From Leucoraja erinacea (Eukaryota), in contig NW_026575913.1 in assembly GCF_028641065.1 (NCBI RefSeq), positions 62,001-126,000 on the forward strand: a stretch of 64,000 bases of DNA, read 5' to 3'. The translations under genes were made by a program, and so were the position numbers. Shown here piece after piece: positions 24,240 through 37,510 of this stretch. The notes below the pieces were generated by a model. The model worked only from the letters and a program-made list of their open reading frames with translations, was not told the origin of the DNA and made no database searches. Every line of letters starts with the position of its first letter. Position 1 is the first letter of the stretch.

Positions 24240-26428
24240 CCATTTACCATGTACGTCCTATTTTGATTTGTCCTGCCAAGATGTAGCACCTCACACTTAT
24301 CAGCAATAAACTCCATCTGCCATCTTTCAGCCCATTCTTCCAAATGGCCTAAATCTCTCTGTTGACTTTGGAAATCTACTTCATTATCCACAACACCGCC
24401 TATCTTAGTATAATCTGCATATTTACTAATCCACACCTTCATCCAGATCATTGATGTACATGACAAACAACAGTGGACGCAACACAGATCCCTGAGGCAC
24501 CCCACTAGTCACTGGCCTCCAACCCGACAAACAGTCATCCACCATTACTCTCTGGCATCTCCCATTCAGCCACAGTTGAATCCATCTTGCTACTCCTGCT
24601 TTTATACCCAACAATTGAACCTTCTTAACCAACCTTCCACGAGGAACGTTGTCAAAGGCCTAACTAAAGTTCATATAGACAACATCCACTGCTTTACCCT
24701 CATCAATTTCCCTAGTACTTTCTTCAAAAAATTCAAGAAGATTAGTCAAACATGACCTTCCAGGCACAAATCCATGTTGACTGTTCCTAATCAGACCCTG
24801 TTTATCCAGATGCTTATACATAGTATCTCTAAGTATCTTGTTAGGTTTACTCTTAGAACCTTTTTAAACAATGGAACAACATGCGCAGTACGCCAATCCT
24901 CAGGGACTATTCCCATTCCTAATGACATTTGAAATGTTTCTGTCATAGCCCCTGCTATTTCTACACTAACATCCCTCAATATCCTAGGGAATATCATGTA
25001 CGGACCTGGAGACTTATCCACTTTTATATTTTTCAAAAGTATCAGTACTTCTTTTTCATTGAATCTCATAGTATCCAAGGCTATTCTACTTGTTTCCCTC
25101 ACCTCACATAATTCAATATCCTTCTCCTTGGTGAATACCGAAGAAAATAAATTGTTCAATATCTCCCCCATCTCTTTTGGCTCTGCAGATAGCTGTCCAC
25201 TCTGGCTCCCTAATGGACACATTTTATCCCTCGTTATCCTTTTGCTGTTAATATAGTTGTAAAACCCCATTGGATTTATTTTCCCCTTACTTGCCAAAAC
25301 AACCTCATATCTTCTTTTAGCTTTTCTAATTTCTTTCTTAAGATTCTTTTTACATTCTTTATACTCTTCCAGTACATCATTCACTCTATGCTGCCTATAA
25401 TTATTGTAGATCTCCCTCTTTTTCCGAACCAAGTGTCCAATTTCCCTTGAAAACCACGGCTCTTTCCAACTTTTACTATTTCCTTTCAACCGAACAGGGA
25501 CATAAAGATTCTGTACTATTAAAATTTCCCCTTTAAATGTCCTCCATTTCTCTTCTACATCCTTCCCATAAAACAAAATGTCCCAGTTCACTCCTTTTAA
25601 ATCCTTTCGCATCTCATCAAAGTTAGCCTTTCTCCAATCAAAAATCTCAACCCTAGGTCCAGTTCTGACCCTCTCCATAATTATATTGAAACTAATGGTA
25701 TAGTGATCACTGGACCCGAAGTGCTCCCCAACGCATACCTCTGCCACCTGACCCGTCTCATTTCCTAACACGATGACCAGCACTGCCCCTTCTCTAGTAG
25801 GCACCTCTATGTATTGTTGCAAAAAACTATCCTGCACACATTTTGCATACTCCAAACCATCCAGCCCATTTACAGAATGTGTTTCCCAGTCTATGTGGGG
25901 AAATTTGAAATCTTCCACAATCACTACCTTGTGCTTACTATTAATATCTGCTAGCTCCTTACATATTTGCTGTTCCAATTCTCGCTCCCCATTTGGCGTA
26001 TACTACACCCCTATAAGTGTTGCTACACCTTTCCCACTCCACAGTTCCACCCAAATAGCCCCCCTAGACGAGCCCTCTAATCTATCCTGCCAAAGCACTG
26101 CTGTAATATCTTCCCTGACAAGCAATGCAACACCTCCACCTCTTGCTCCTCCAACTCTATCACACCTGAAGCAACGAAATCTTGGAATATTTAGTTTCCA
26201 ATCACAGCCCTCCTGCAACCATGTTTCACTGATCGCCACAACATCATACTTCCAGGTGTCAATCCAAGCTCATCCACCTTTCTTACAATGCTCCTAGCAT
26301 TAAAATATGCACATTTAAGAAACCCACCGCCTCTTATTCTTTATTTTCTTTTTCTTCTTTCTCCCCTAAATTTTGGGTCCGAGTGCTTCCTTCCCTGCCT
26401 CCTGCCTCACACTCTGTCTACTGGCTTT
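24240..26428 (-). mobile_element. CR1 copy 3 (APE to mid-RT, 3'-truncated)
   Basis: ORFs 26003-26239 and 24791-25978 encode APE and linker; RT fragments end at NRTYMVNG, fused to the 5' UTR of copy 2. Confidence 0.9.
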
Positions 26429-27029
26429 AGAGAATACGATATTCTGTCGGCTTGGGGCGTTTCGGCCTTTGCAATGCTGAGGACCGTTTGCTATGTCGCT
26501 CTTCAAGGGAGATGCTAAATGCATTTCGTTGTCTCTGTGCTGTACACTGACAATGACAATTAAAATTGAATCTGAATCTGAATCTGATCAGCGACATATT
26601 TCCAAATCAGAATGATGGTCAATTTGGATCTTGATCGGCAGGTGCTATTTTTACACCGCAGATTTCTAAGGGAGAATAACACTAATTGCCCGCTTGGAAA
26701 GCGAAAACGGTTGATTCCACCGGCCAGAGGAAAATTATTATAATCTTCCATTCAGTGGTCAAAAGTAATACCAGTCTAAATGAGTCGTTTTTTCCCCAGG
26801 ACATAAGGACTTGAAGCTTCCAAGTTCGCGCCAGTCCCACTGTCTGGTTAAAACGATGGTGATTCAATTATTATGTGCACAGAGATTGATGGCGGAGGAG
26901 TTAGCTGGAATGTCAAGGCAGTTTACCTCTTGCCTGATACTACACCTGCAAACAACATTGCTGCCATTCACACATTTCCTAAACATGGAACTCATATCTA
27001 TACCAAAATCAGAACTTAAAAACAAAAAC

Positions 27030-27290
27030 TAAGTGCAGCTTCGCAGCAGTCGAACGGATGGCTCTCAGCGTCGGAGACCTGGGTTTGATTCCGACTACGG
27101 AAGCTGTCAACGTCGTACGTTCAACATTGACTGCGTGGGTTTTATCCCGGTGCTTGTCTCCATCCACAATCCAAACTCGTATAAACATAGGTTAATTGCC
27201 CCCTGTAAATTGCTCCTAGTAAGATGTGTAAGGTGCCAAAGTGGGATTGCGTCATCACACTGCGTTGAAACGGGCTTTTCGGCACAGCAT
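27030..27290 (+). mobile_element. tRNA-derived SINE (HE1-like), degenerate
   Basis: B-box-like gggtttgattccgact followed by the conserved SINE core shared with other copies in the window. Confidence 0.6.
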
Positions 27291-27553
27291 GCCCTATATA
27301 TATTAGTCCCAACTCCCCACGCTTGACTCATAACCCTCTGAACCTATCCTATGCATGTACCTGTTCGATTGTCTGTTTATTGTTATGATAGTACCGGTCT
27401 CAACCTCCTCCTCTGGCAGCTCGTTCCATATACCCACCATTCTTTGTGTAAAAATGATACCCCTCCAGGTTTCTATTAAATCTCCCCATTCACCCACTCT
27501 TTCCGTAAATCTATATCCTCGGTTAAAGAAGGAACTGCAGATGCTGGAAAATC

Positions 27554-27731
27554 AAAGGTAGACAAAAGTGCTGGAGAAATTCAGCGGGTGCAGCAGCATC
27601 TATGGAGCGAAGGAAATAGGCAACGTTTCGGTCTGAAACCTTTCTTCCGTTTTGGCCCGAAACGTTTCCTATTTCCTTCACTCCATAGATGCTGCCGCAC
27701 CCGCTAAGTTTCTCCAGCACTTTTGTCTACC
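27554..27731. repeat. Inverted repeat of Penelope-type terminal sequence (~76-bp arms)
   Basis: ggtagacaaaagtgctggagaaa...aacgtttcgg is near-perfectly reverse-complemented by ccgaaacgtt...tttctccagcacttttgtctacc. Confidence 0.85.
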
Positions 27732-29784
27732 ATCTCTATCCCCTGGTTCTCGAGTCCCCCATTATGGCAAAAATACTCATGCGCATTTACGTGATTGATT
27801 GCTCTCATAATTTTGTAAACCTCTTTCAAATCTTCCCATCCTCCTGCACTCTAAGGAATGAAATCAGAGCCTTCTCACCCTCACCTTCCCTGAACATAAA
27901 CTCACTGACTTGCAGAACAGTTCAGCGTAGGAACAGGCCCTTTGGTCCACACCACGTGTTCCGAACGTGATGCCAAGTTGAACTAATCTCCCCTACCAAC
28001 ACATGTTCCATATCCCACCTTTCCCTGCATATCTATGCCGTTCTAAATAATTCAAATGCCACTATCAAGTCTCCTTGTAAATCTTCTCTGGACACTTTCC
28101 AGCTGGTGTGTCACCTCTCTACTGGAGAAGAGCACTTGTTCAACCCCAGCCCTTCGACTGTAGTTTTGCATGTTTTTGTTCACAATAAGTTTATCCAATT
28201 CTCTCTTTGTAATGAAACATAAATAGGATTCGGATCAATGAACGGAGAAAGAAATTTCAGTGGTACAAATGACTATCTTTATTACATCAAATTACAAGAC
28301 AAAGCATTAAAAAAGCAACAAATCTCATGGCTTTCAGCTCAATGTGTTAAATGATAGAAGCAGCGGCAAATACCATCAAATCTCACAGTCTTCTGCCCAT
28401 TGGAGATTCCTATTTATGATGGCTGGTATAGAGATCTTGCGGGACTGTCCTTCAAAGGTTCTGCATTAAATCAAGCGCCAAGCTATTCTTGCATGTCTCA
28501 GATAAAAAAAAGGTTTAACTTATCCTTTAGCTACACTGTAAATATCCTTGTAGGCTGCTCCATAATTTCCCAGTTATTCTAAGCGAGCCCTCAATCATCT
28601 AATTGTTTCCCAAGGCCAGCCTACTTCCTTACCATAAATTGCTGTTTGCAGAAAATGTCATCTTAGGTGAAAACCCTGTTTACCTTTTCCACTGCATTAA
28701 GGGCATAATGGACTCAACTACACATCATCCACGTGCCATACACTTGAAATTCCAAACGCACGTTGCATATAATTCCTTGTCCTCTCTCAAACCCTTCAGC
28801 AAAATGAACACCTTCTCCATCCATTCTTCCCATCAAAGATTGATAATTTTCCAGAGCTCCAAGAACTTAATATGTGACTCACCACCCTCTGACAGAAGAG
28901 ATTCCTCCTCATCCCTTTCTAAAGATACATCATGTTATTCTGAGAAATGTACTTGCCAAGACCACGGCATCTGCAGTTTTAGTCTCCTGATCTTAGGAAG
29001 AATGTTCTTGTTATGGAGGGAGTGCTGTGAAAGTTCATCAGATTTCATGGATGGGAGGACTAATGTATGAAGGGCTATTAGGGCAATTATTATTACATCT
29101 CTGATTAGGACCATTCAAAATCAACTACAAAATTCTTATGGGTCTGTCCAGATCCAAGAGAGTCAAGAGTGTTTTTGTTATTGTCATATGTCCGAGATAG
29201 TCGAATGAAATTCTTACTAGCGGCAGCACAACGGAATATGTAAACATAGTACACGGTAAACAATATGAAAAACAAGAGAAAAAAAATCAGTGTGCATATA
29301 TATATATACGCACATACTCGCAGGTATACACACATATATGCGAATATATATTTACATATCCATATATTCAAGAGGGAAATCAGGTCAGTTCAGGACCCAG
29401 TGGTCACAATCTGAAGATCAGGCATCAGATCTGATGAATGTGTGGAATGTTATACCACTGGAAGCAGTTGAACACAGATCATTAAATGTATTCAAGGAGT
29501 TATATGTTATTCGTATAGTCAAAGAATCAGATGTGTTGGGGAGAAATAAAAGGATCAAGGTACATAATTTAGGTCACAATTGATCACATTGAATAATAGT
29601 TAAGGCTAAACTTTAATATTCTGCATTTCAACATGTTTGTATTTATCCTGGCCACATTTCCTCTGCATCGAAGAACATAATAACTGGATGCTTAAAAGGA
29701 ACAGAGATCCTGGTGCCTATGCCTTTCTTGCAGATAAGACAGATGCTTACATTGGTTTGGTGTTCACAAAGAGAGGACATAGAA

Positions 29785-31085
29785 ACATAGAAATTAGATG
29801 CATGAGTAGGCCATTCGGCCCTTCGAGCCTGCACCACCATTCAATATGATCATGGCTGATCATCCAACTCAGTATCCCGTACCTGCCTTCTCTCCATAAC
29901 CTCTGATCCCCTTAGCCACAAGGGCCACATCAAACTCCCTCTTAAATATAGCCAATGAACTGGCCTCAACTACCCTCTGTGGCAGAGAGTTCCAGAGATT
30001 CACCACTCTGTGTGAAAAAAGTTCTTCTCATCTCGGTTTTAAAGGATTTCCCCCTTATCCTTAAGCTGTGATCCCTTGTCCTGGACTTCCCCAACATCGG
30101 GAACAATCTTCCTGCATCTAGCCTGTCCAACCCCTTAAGAATTTTGTAAGTTTCTAAAAGATCCCCTCTCAATCTCCCTAAATTCTAGAGAGTATAAACC
30201 AAGTCTATCCAGTCTTTCTTCATAAAACAGTCCTGACATCCCAGGAATCAGTCTGGTGAACCTTCTCTGTACTCCCTCTATGGCAAGAATGTCTTTCCTC
30301 AGATTAGGAGACCAAAACTGTACGCAATACTCCAGGTGTGGTCTCACCAAGACCCTGTACAACTGCAGTAGAACCTCCCTGCTCCTATACTCAAATCCTT
30401 TTGCTATGAAAGCTAATATACCATTCGCTTTCTTCACTGCCTGCTGCACCTGCATGCCTACTTTCAATCACTGGTGTACCATGACACCCAGGTCTCGCTG
30501 CATCTCCCCTTTTCCTAATCGGCCACCATTTACATAATAATGCTTTCCTGTTTTTGCCACCAAAATGGATAACCTCACATTTATCCACATTATACTGCAT
30601 CTGCCAAACATTTGCCCACTCACCCAGCCTATCCAAGTCACCTTGCAGTCTCTTAGCATCCTCCTCGCAGCTAACACTGCCCCCCAGCTTCGTGTCATCC
30701 GCAAACTTAGAGATATTGCCTTCAATTCTCTCATCCAGATCATTAATATATATTGTAAATAGCTGGGGTCCCAGCACGGAGCCTTGCTGTACCCCACTAG
30801 TCACTGCCCGCCATTGTGAAAAGGACCCGTTTACTCCTACTCTTTGCTTCCTGTTTGCCAGCCAGTTCTCTATCCACATCAATACTGAACCCCCAATGCC
30901 TTGTGCTTTAAGTTTGTATACTAATCTCTTATGTGGGACCTTGTCGAAAGCCTTCTGGAAGTCCAGATACACCACATCCACTGGTTCTCCCCTATCCACG
31001 CTTCTAGTTACATCCTAGAAAAATTCTATAAGATTCGTCAGACATGATTTACCTTTCGTAAATCCATGCTGACTTTGTCCAATGT
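29785..31085 (-). mobile_element. CR1 RT-to-3' fragment (CTATGTTT family)
   Basis: ORFs 30391-30999, 30135-30467 and 29966-30172 give YLDFQKAFDKVPH, FADD and [13 protein letters not shown]. The tail is catagaaacatagaa. Confidence 0.93.
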
Positions 31086-31247
31086 CAAATCAAATCAGGA
31101 CAAATCAGAAATAATTTTCTGAGCACACCATCCAATGCTATTTCAATGTTTACTCAAGATGCAAAAAACGAACACTACTGTGTTGATAAGCACTGCTTAT
31201 ACTAAGTACTATATATGCAAGTACTAACCTATATTAAAAAAATGTTT

Positions 31248-32731
31248 GGATGTCGGGAATAGTCCCCGAGGATTGGCGTACTGCGCATGTTGTTCCATTG
31301 TTTAAAAAGGGTTCTAAGAGTAAACCTAGCAATTATAGACCTGTTAGTTTGACTTCAGTGGTGGGCAAATTAATGGAAAAGATACTTAGAGATAATATAT
31401 ATAAGCATCTAGATAAACAGGGTCTGATTAGGAACAGTCAACATGGATTTGTGCCTGGAAGGTCATGTTTGACTAATCTTCTTGAATTTTTTGAAGAGGT
31501 TACTAGGGAAATTGACGAGGGTAAAGCAGTGGATGTTGTCTATATGGACTTTAGTAAGGCCTTTGACAAGGTTCCTCATGGAAGGTTGGTTAAGAAGGTT
31601 CAACTGTTGGGTATAAATGCAGGAATAGCAAGATGGATTCAACAGTGGCTGAATGGGAGAAGCCAGAGGGTAATGGTGGATGGCTGTTTATCGGGTTGGA
31701 GGCAGGTGACTAGTGGGGTGCCTCAGGGATCTGTGTTGGGTCCTTTGTTGTTTGTCATGTACATCAATGATCTGGATGAAGGTGTGGTAAATTGGATTAG
31801 TAAGTATGCAGATGATACCAAGATAGGGGGTGTTGTGGATAATGAAGAGGATTTCCAAAGTCTACAGAGTGATTTAGGCCATTCGGAAAAATGGGCTGAA
31901 AGATGGCAGATGGAGTTTAATGCTGATAAATGTGAGGTGCTACACCTTGGCAGGACAAATCAAAATAGGACGTACATGGTAAATGGTAGGGAATTGAAGA
32001 ATACAGTTGAACAGAGGGATCTGGGTATAACCGTGCATAGTTCCTTGAAGGTGGAATCTCATATAGATAGGGTGGTAAAGAAAGCTTTTGGTATGCTAGC
32101 CTTTATAAATCAGAGCATTGAGTATAGAAGCTGGGATGTAATGTTAAAATTGTACAAGGCATTGGTGAGACCAAATCTAGAGTATGGTGTACAATTTTGG
32201 TCGCCCAATTATAGGAAGGATGTCAACAAAATAGAGAGAGTACAGAGGAGATTTACTAGAATGTTGCCTGGGTTTCAACAACTAAGTTACAGAGATAGGT
32301 TGAATAAGTTAGGTCTTTATTCTCTGGAGCGCAGAAGGTTAAGGGGGGGACCTGATAGAGGTCTTTAAAATGATGAGAGGGATAGACAGAGTTGATGTGG
32401 ACAAGCTTTTCCCTTTGAGAATAGGGAAGATTCAAACAAGAGGACATGACTTCAGAATTAAGGGACAGAAGTTTAGGGGTAATATGAGGGGGAACTTCTT
32501 TACGCAGAGAGTGGTGGCGGTGTGGAATGAGCTCCCAGTGGAAGTGGTGGAGGCAGGTTCATTGGTATCATTTAAAAATAAATTGGATAGGCATATGGAT
32601 GAGAAGGGAATGGAGGGTTATGGTACGAGTGCAGGTAGGTGGGACTAAGGGGAAAAAAATTTGTTCGGCATGGACTTGTAGGGCCGAGATGGCCTGTTTC
32701 CGTGCTGTAATTGTTATATGGTTATATGGTT
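31248..32731 (+). mobile_element. Young CR1 RT-to-3' fragment (ATATGGTT family)
   Basis: An uninterrupted 372-aa RT ORF (31250-32368), then one frameshift, then the tail. Confidence 0.95.
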
Positions 32732-33351
32732 AATATAAACAAAACATGGTCATTGAATCTCCCTGTGCAAGTCCTGCACCCCTTTGAGAAGTGGCTGAAG
32801 GGTGATATTAAAATACATAAATGTTTTAAATGAATCACTATGGTGAAACCATTTCCACCCTAAAATCCAGCAGGGAATTCTACAGATAATGCTCCCTCTC
32901 CTCCCCTCCCACCCAACACTGGTGAGAATGAGGATCCAGATCAATGAAATGCATTTAGGGGAAGGCTGGGCAAACACAAAAGAGAATCCAGCATGGACTT
33001 GCCAACCATGTTGCAGATCACGTAAGGTGGAAAGAGGCTGATGATTATGCACCAGTATTGGCAGGATAGGCAGAGTGGCCTGTTCCTACACACTTGTCTC
33101 CACTACAACCTTGTATCACTTTGACTGCCAATTCATTTTTGATCATTTTGTTCCATTCTTTCTTCAGAAAATACAAAATCAACTTTGACGGATTAAAACT
33201 GTGATTGATGCTCCTGCAAATAAATGGAGCCATTACATTTTTTAACAACAATGTAATGTTGTGCCTTGCATATTAATTGGCGATATGTCTTGGCTTTACT
33301 TTACAAAATGAAGCCACTATCATACAAGGTGCAATCCAATGTGTATACTTG

Positions 33352-34295
33352 GATTTAATCCAATCCAACTTTATTTGTTAAGCACTTTAAGACAACCAAT
33401 GTTGACCAAAGTGCTGTACAGAAGAATAAACAAGACATCATAAACAGACAACATAACAGCTCACATAAAGCGCAAAAATTACATGTGAAATACAACAATA
33501 AATTAAAAGACATAAAACATGAGTAAAAATAATAACCACGCAATAAAGCAATCAAAAAAGAAATTAAATCAAGTAAATAAAGTCGACATCTTACTGGGTA
33601 TCAAAGGCCACGGAGAAGAGATGGGTTTTAAGAAGTGATTTAAAAATAGACAGAGAAGAGGCCTGTTTAATGTGGAGAGGCGGATCGTTCCATAATTTGG
33701 GTGCCGACACAGCAAAGGCACGGTCCCCTCTGAGCTTCTACTTAGTTTTAGGCCCACTCAGGAGCAGCTGATTATCTGACCTGAGAGAGCGGGCGGGTGT
33801 ATAAGGGTGTAGAAGCTCAGATAGGTTGGGCGGGGCAAGACCATTCAGGGATTTAAAAGCAAATAAAATAATTTTAAAATGGATCCTAAACTGAATAGGC
33901 AACCAGTGGAGTGAGGCTAAAATGTGCGAAATGTGCTCATGTTTACGTGTGCCAGTTAAAAGACGTACAGCTGCATTCTGTACCATCTGGAGACGGGCGA
34001 TGGAGGACCCACTAACCCCCACATACAGTGCATTGCAGTAATCCAGCCGAGTGGTAACAAAGGCGTGGATTGCCGTCTCAAAGTTCTGCCTTGACAGATT
34101 TGGCTTTATTTTGGCCAGCTGCCTCAAATGGAAAAAGCTTGATTGAACAACAGCCTTGATCTGACTGTCAAATTTTAGCTCAGGGTCCACTTTAACCCCT
34201 AGGTTTGTGATGCTTGGTTTAATATACTGGGCCAGGGAGCCCAGATCTACAGGGGGGGCCCCAGTGGTGCCACCAAAAACCATTACTTCCATCTT
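33352..34295 (-). mobile_element. L2 LINE 3' fragment
   Basis: ORF 33738-34292 has FVTTRLDYCNAL, LQMVQNAAVRLLTG and LHWLPI.FRI.FK, typical of the L2 ORF2 C-terminus, with a 3' tail nearby. Confidence 0.88.
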
Positions 34296-34799
34296 TTATT
34301 GCCCATTTATTTCCAAAAATCTTATACTCAATAATCTATTCATCAAGCACATTCTTCAGGGAACTATAATCAGGCAAAATCTCAAGAGCAGCACTTGTAC
34401 CAAACCAGCCACATAAAATGAACTTGATCTCTGTGCCACCAGTCACCGTGGATAATTTTATATACTTATGGATGATAAATTCTTTGCATTTAGATTAGAA
34501 ATGTACAAAGTACAAACAATCAAGACTTTTTGACATCATCAAATAACCAAGCATTATGTAACAACATTTATTGGTGCTGAGTCTCAAACTAAATGCAGTG
34601 TTAAATCAAAATATATTCTATCCAATAATGACTATAGCTACTGTAATCCGCAACTAAAAACAGAAGACTTAAATCATTAGGTACACCAAAATGCTGGAGA
34701 AACTCAGCGGGTTTCATTGAAAGCATTCAATGGCTCAAGAAAAATTATTGGGACAAATTGTTTATGTCACAAATAGGGACAAGAACCTGCACCTGGCCT

Positions 34800-35400
34800 G
34801 TTAGGGAAGAGGATGGATTGCCAATATATAGCAATCAGGGAGGGATAGGACAGAGGCTGGTAGATCAAACATAGAACCAGGTGGGGAGAGGATCATGGAT
34901 AGATGGAAACAGGTAGGAGAGGAGGAGGAGAGGTGAACAAAAGGAGAATAAACTTGCACCTCTTTCAACTTTCTCTACTGCATTCAGTATTCACATTGTT
35001 GTCTTCTCTACTTTGGAGAAACTAGCTTAGACGTCGACCATTTTGTAGAGCACAAACACTTTGAAGCAAAGATCATACTGAGATCTGTTGTATGGTATTT
35101 TAACACCCCGTCCCACTCTCACATTGACCCGTCTGTCGTTAACCTTGTGCACTGTAAATTGTAAGCAAAATACCTGATACTCCACCTGGGTATCTTCATG
35201 GGATATTAACTTGTCATATTTCAGCTTATCGACACCACTGGTGTTCATCTGCCCATCATCCCCCCACCACCAGATTTGACTTGCCACTTACCAGCCTCTG
35301 ACCCATTCCTCCTTCAAACTGGTAGAACCTTCCCATCCTCTTTCAATTCTAATGTAGTGCCTTGACTTGAAATGCTGGTTATTGCCGTTTGCCTCCACAG
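34800..35400 (+). mobile_element. Degenerate Penelope-like remnant
   Basis: The plus strand near 34970-35060 reads LYCIQYSHCCLLYFGET..DHFVEH (GIY-YIG-like). Confidence 0.5.
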
Positions 35401-37289
35401 ATTCTGTTTGACCAAGTACCTCTACTGGCCTTTCTTTAGTCTATAATTCGATGGAAATAACCACAAAATCTCACTCTATCTATAATTGAAACCTTTTAAT
35501 TGGTGATCTTATAGCGCTATCTAAAACCATGAGGGCGATTGATCAGGGGAATGCACTGATGCATTTACCCAGGGTAGGGTAATCAAGAACCAGCAAAAAC
35601 AGGTTTAAGGTGAAGAGGAAGATTTAGTAGGAACCTGAGAGGGAACCTTTTCCACTCAGAGATTACTGGGTGTATGAAATGATTATGAAATGAGCTGACA
35701 GAGAAGGTAGAATAACAACATTGAAAAGACACTTGGACAGGTACATCGATAGAACATGCTGAGAGAAATGTTGGCCAAACGCTAGCAAATGCGACTAACA
35801 GATGTAGTATCTAGTTCAGCTTGGAGCATTAGGCTGAAGTACCTGTTTTATTGCTATATGGCTCCATGACTCTTTGTTAGGAGAACATAAAACTGGCAAA
35901 TAGAGTTTAATAATGGAAATTATGTGCTCACATACTTTGGTAAGAGCAATTCAAAGGAAGCTATTATCTAAATGGAGCGAGATTGCAAATGAGTGGAGTA
36001 CAAGAGATTCAAATGCTTAAGGTGAAAAAACAAAAGCCAACAGGTAGATGCAGCACACAATGCAGAAGGTGATTAGCATATTGCCGTTTAAAGTAGGTTA
36101 CAATTGTAATTATGGTACATGACGTTGTTAAGGACATATCAGGAGCACTGTGTACAGTTTCGTTCTCAGATTTAAGAAAGGACATATTAATATTGGATAT
36201 CAGCTAGAAGAGATTCTTGGAATAAGCAAGTGTTGCCTTACCATGAATGGCTGAAATCATTGGCTCCGTATTCCTTGGAGTTAACAAAAATCAAAGTTAA
36301 CCTTATGAAGGTATTAAAGAGGCATGATGGGGTGGTGAATTGGTGGATAATGTGTGGTGGAAAATGGAAACAAAGGGAGAAGACAGTTCCATGTAAAACA
36401 GATATTCAGCTGCACCGCGTCCAACCATATCCACTGCATTCAGTGTACACAATGTGGCCTCTTCTACATTGGAGAACATAGCATAGACAAGTCAATCATT
36501 TTGCAGAAAAGCTGCATTTTGACACATAGGAGGTTAGAACATTGGAGATATTTAAAGAGAAATAGGTTATATTATAAAATTACAGGGGATTGTATCCTAT
36601 GTGGAAGTACAGTAAAGGACTTGAGGCCTAAGTCAGATCAGCTGTGATCAGCAAAAATTGCAACATAGCGCTCGCTATCTTGTACAAATGCAGGATAGTT
36701 TATTAAGAAATACTGTCATGTTTAGTAAATTTAATTTAACTCTTTCCATATAGTTCTGATCCTGCATTTCAATCACATCAATGAAATCTTCTATTCAGCG
36801 ATAGGTTAGCAGGGAACGTTCTGGTTTGGTTGAATATTTTGATAATCTGAGGAGGGAAATTAAATATTAGACAACCGTGAAATAGACAATGGACAAAAGA
36901 TGCAGGAATAGGCCATTCGCAGAGCCGAAGACAGAGCTTAAAATGATGCTTCAACTGTTGATTCATCCCACATAACATCTTCCTTCCAGATATAATGGTA
37001 CAGCACCAGACATCTGGGTTGATCCTGTCTACGGATGCTGTCTCTGCGGAGTTTGTACCTTCTCCCTGTGACTGCACAGGTTTTCTCCAGGTACTCCAGT
37101 TTCCTCCCACATTCCAAAAAGAGACATGCAGGTTTGTAGGTGAATTGTCTTGTGTCCCTAGCATGTGTGAGTGATTGGTGGTTGGTGCGCACTCAATGGG
37201 TTGAAGTGTCTGTTTCAATGCTATGTCTCTGAACTAAACTAAGCAAAAAACATAATATTCTTCCAATTAGTTTAGTTCATACAAGTTCT

Positions 37290-37510
37290 GTGTTATCCAA
37301 CTTTCGCATCCACACTAGGGTTAAATTACAGAGACCAATTAACCCATAAACCCTGGCATCTTTGGCATGTGTGTGGAAACTGGAGCACAGTGGAAACACA
37401 TGCGGTCACAGGGAAAATATGCAAACTTTACACAGCCAAAAACCGAGATTAGGATTAAACCCATGTCTCTGACGGTCTGAGGCAGCAGCTCTCTCTGCTG
37501 CACCACTCTG
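37290..37510 (-). mobile_element. tRNA-derived SINE (HE1-like)
   Basis: Reverse complement of the SINE head and core (ggcagcagctct, ggtcacaggga, tggaaactggag). Confidence 0.65.

Noticed and set aside
28603-29070. 155-aa plus-strand ORF
   Set aside because: No recognisable domain; the opposite strand resembles an old degenerate CR1 3' region.
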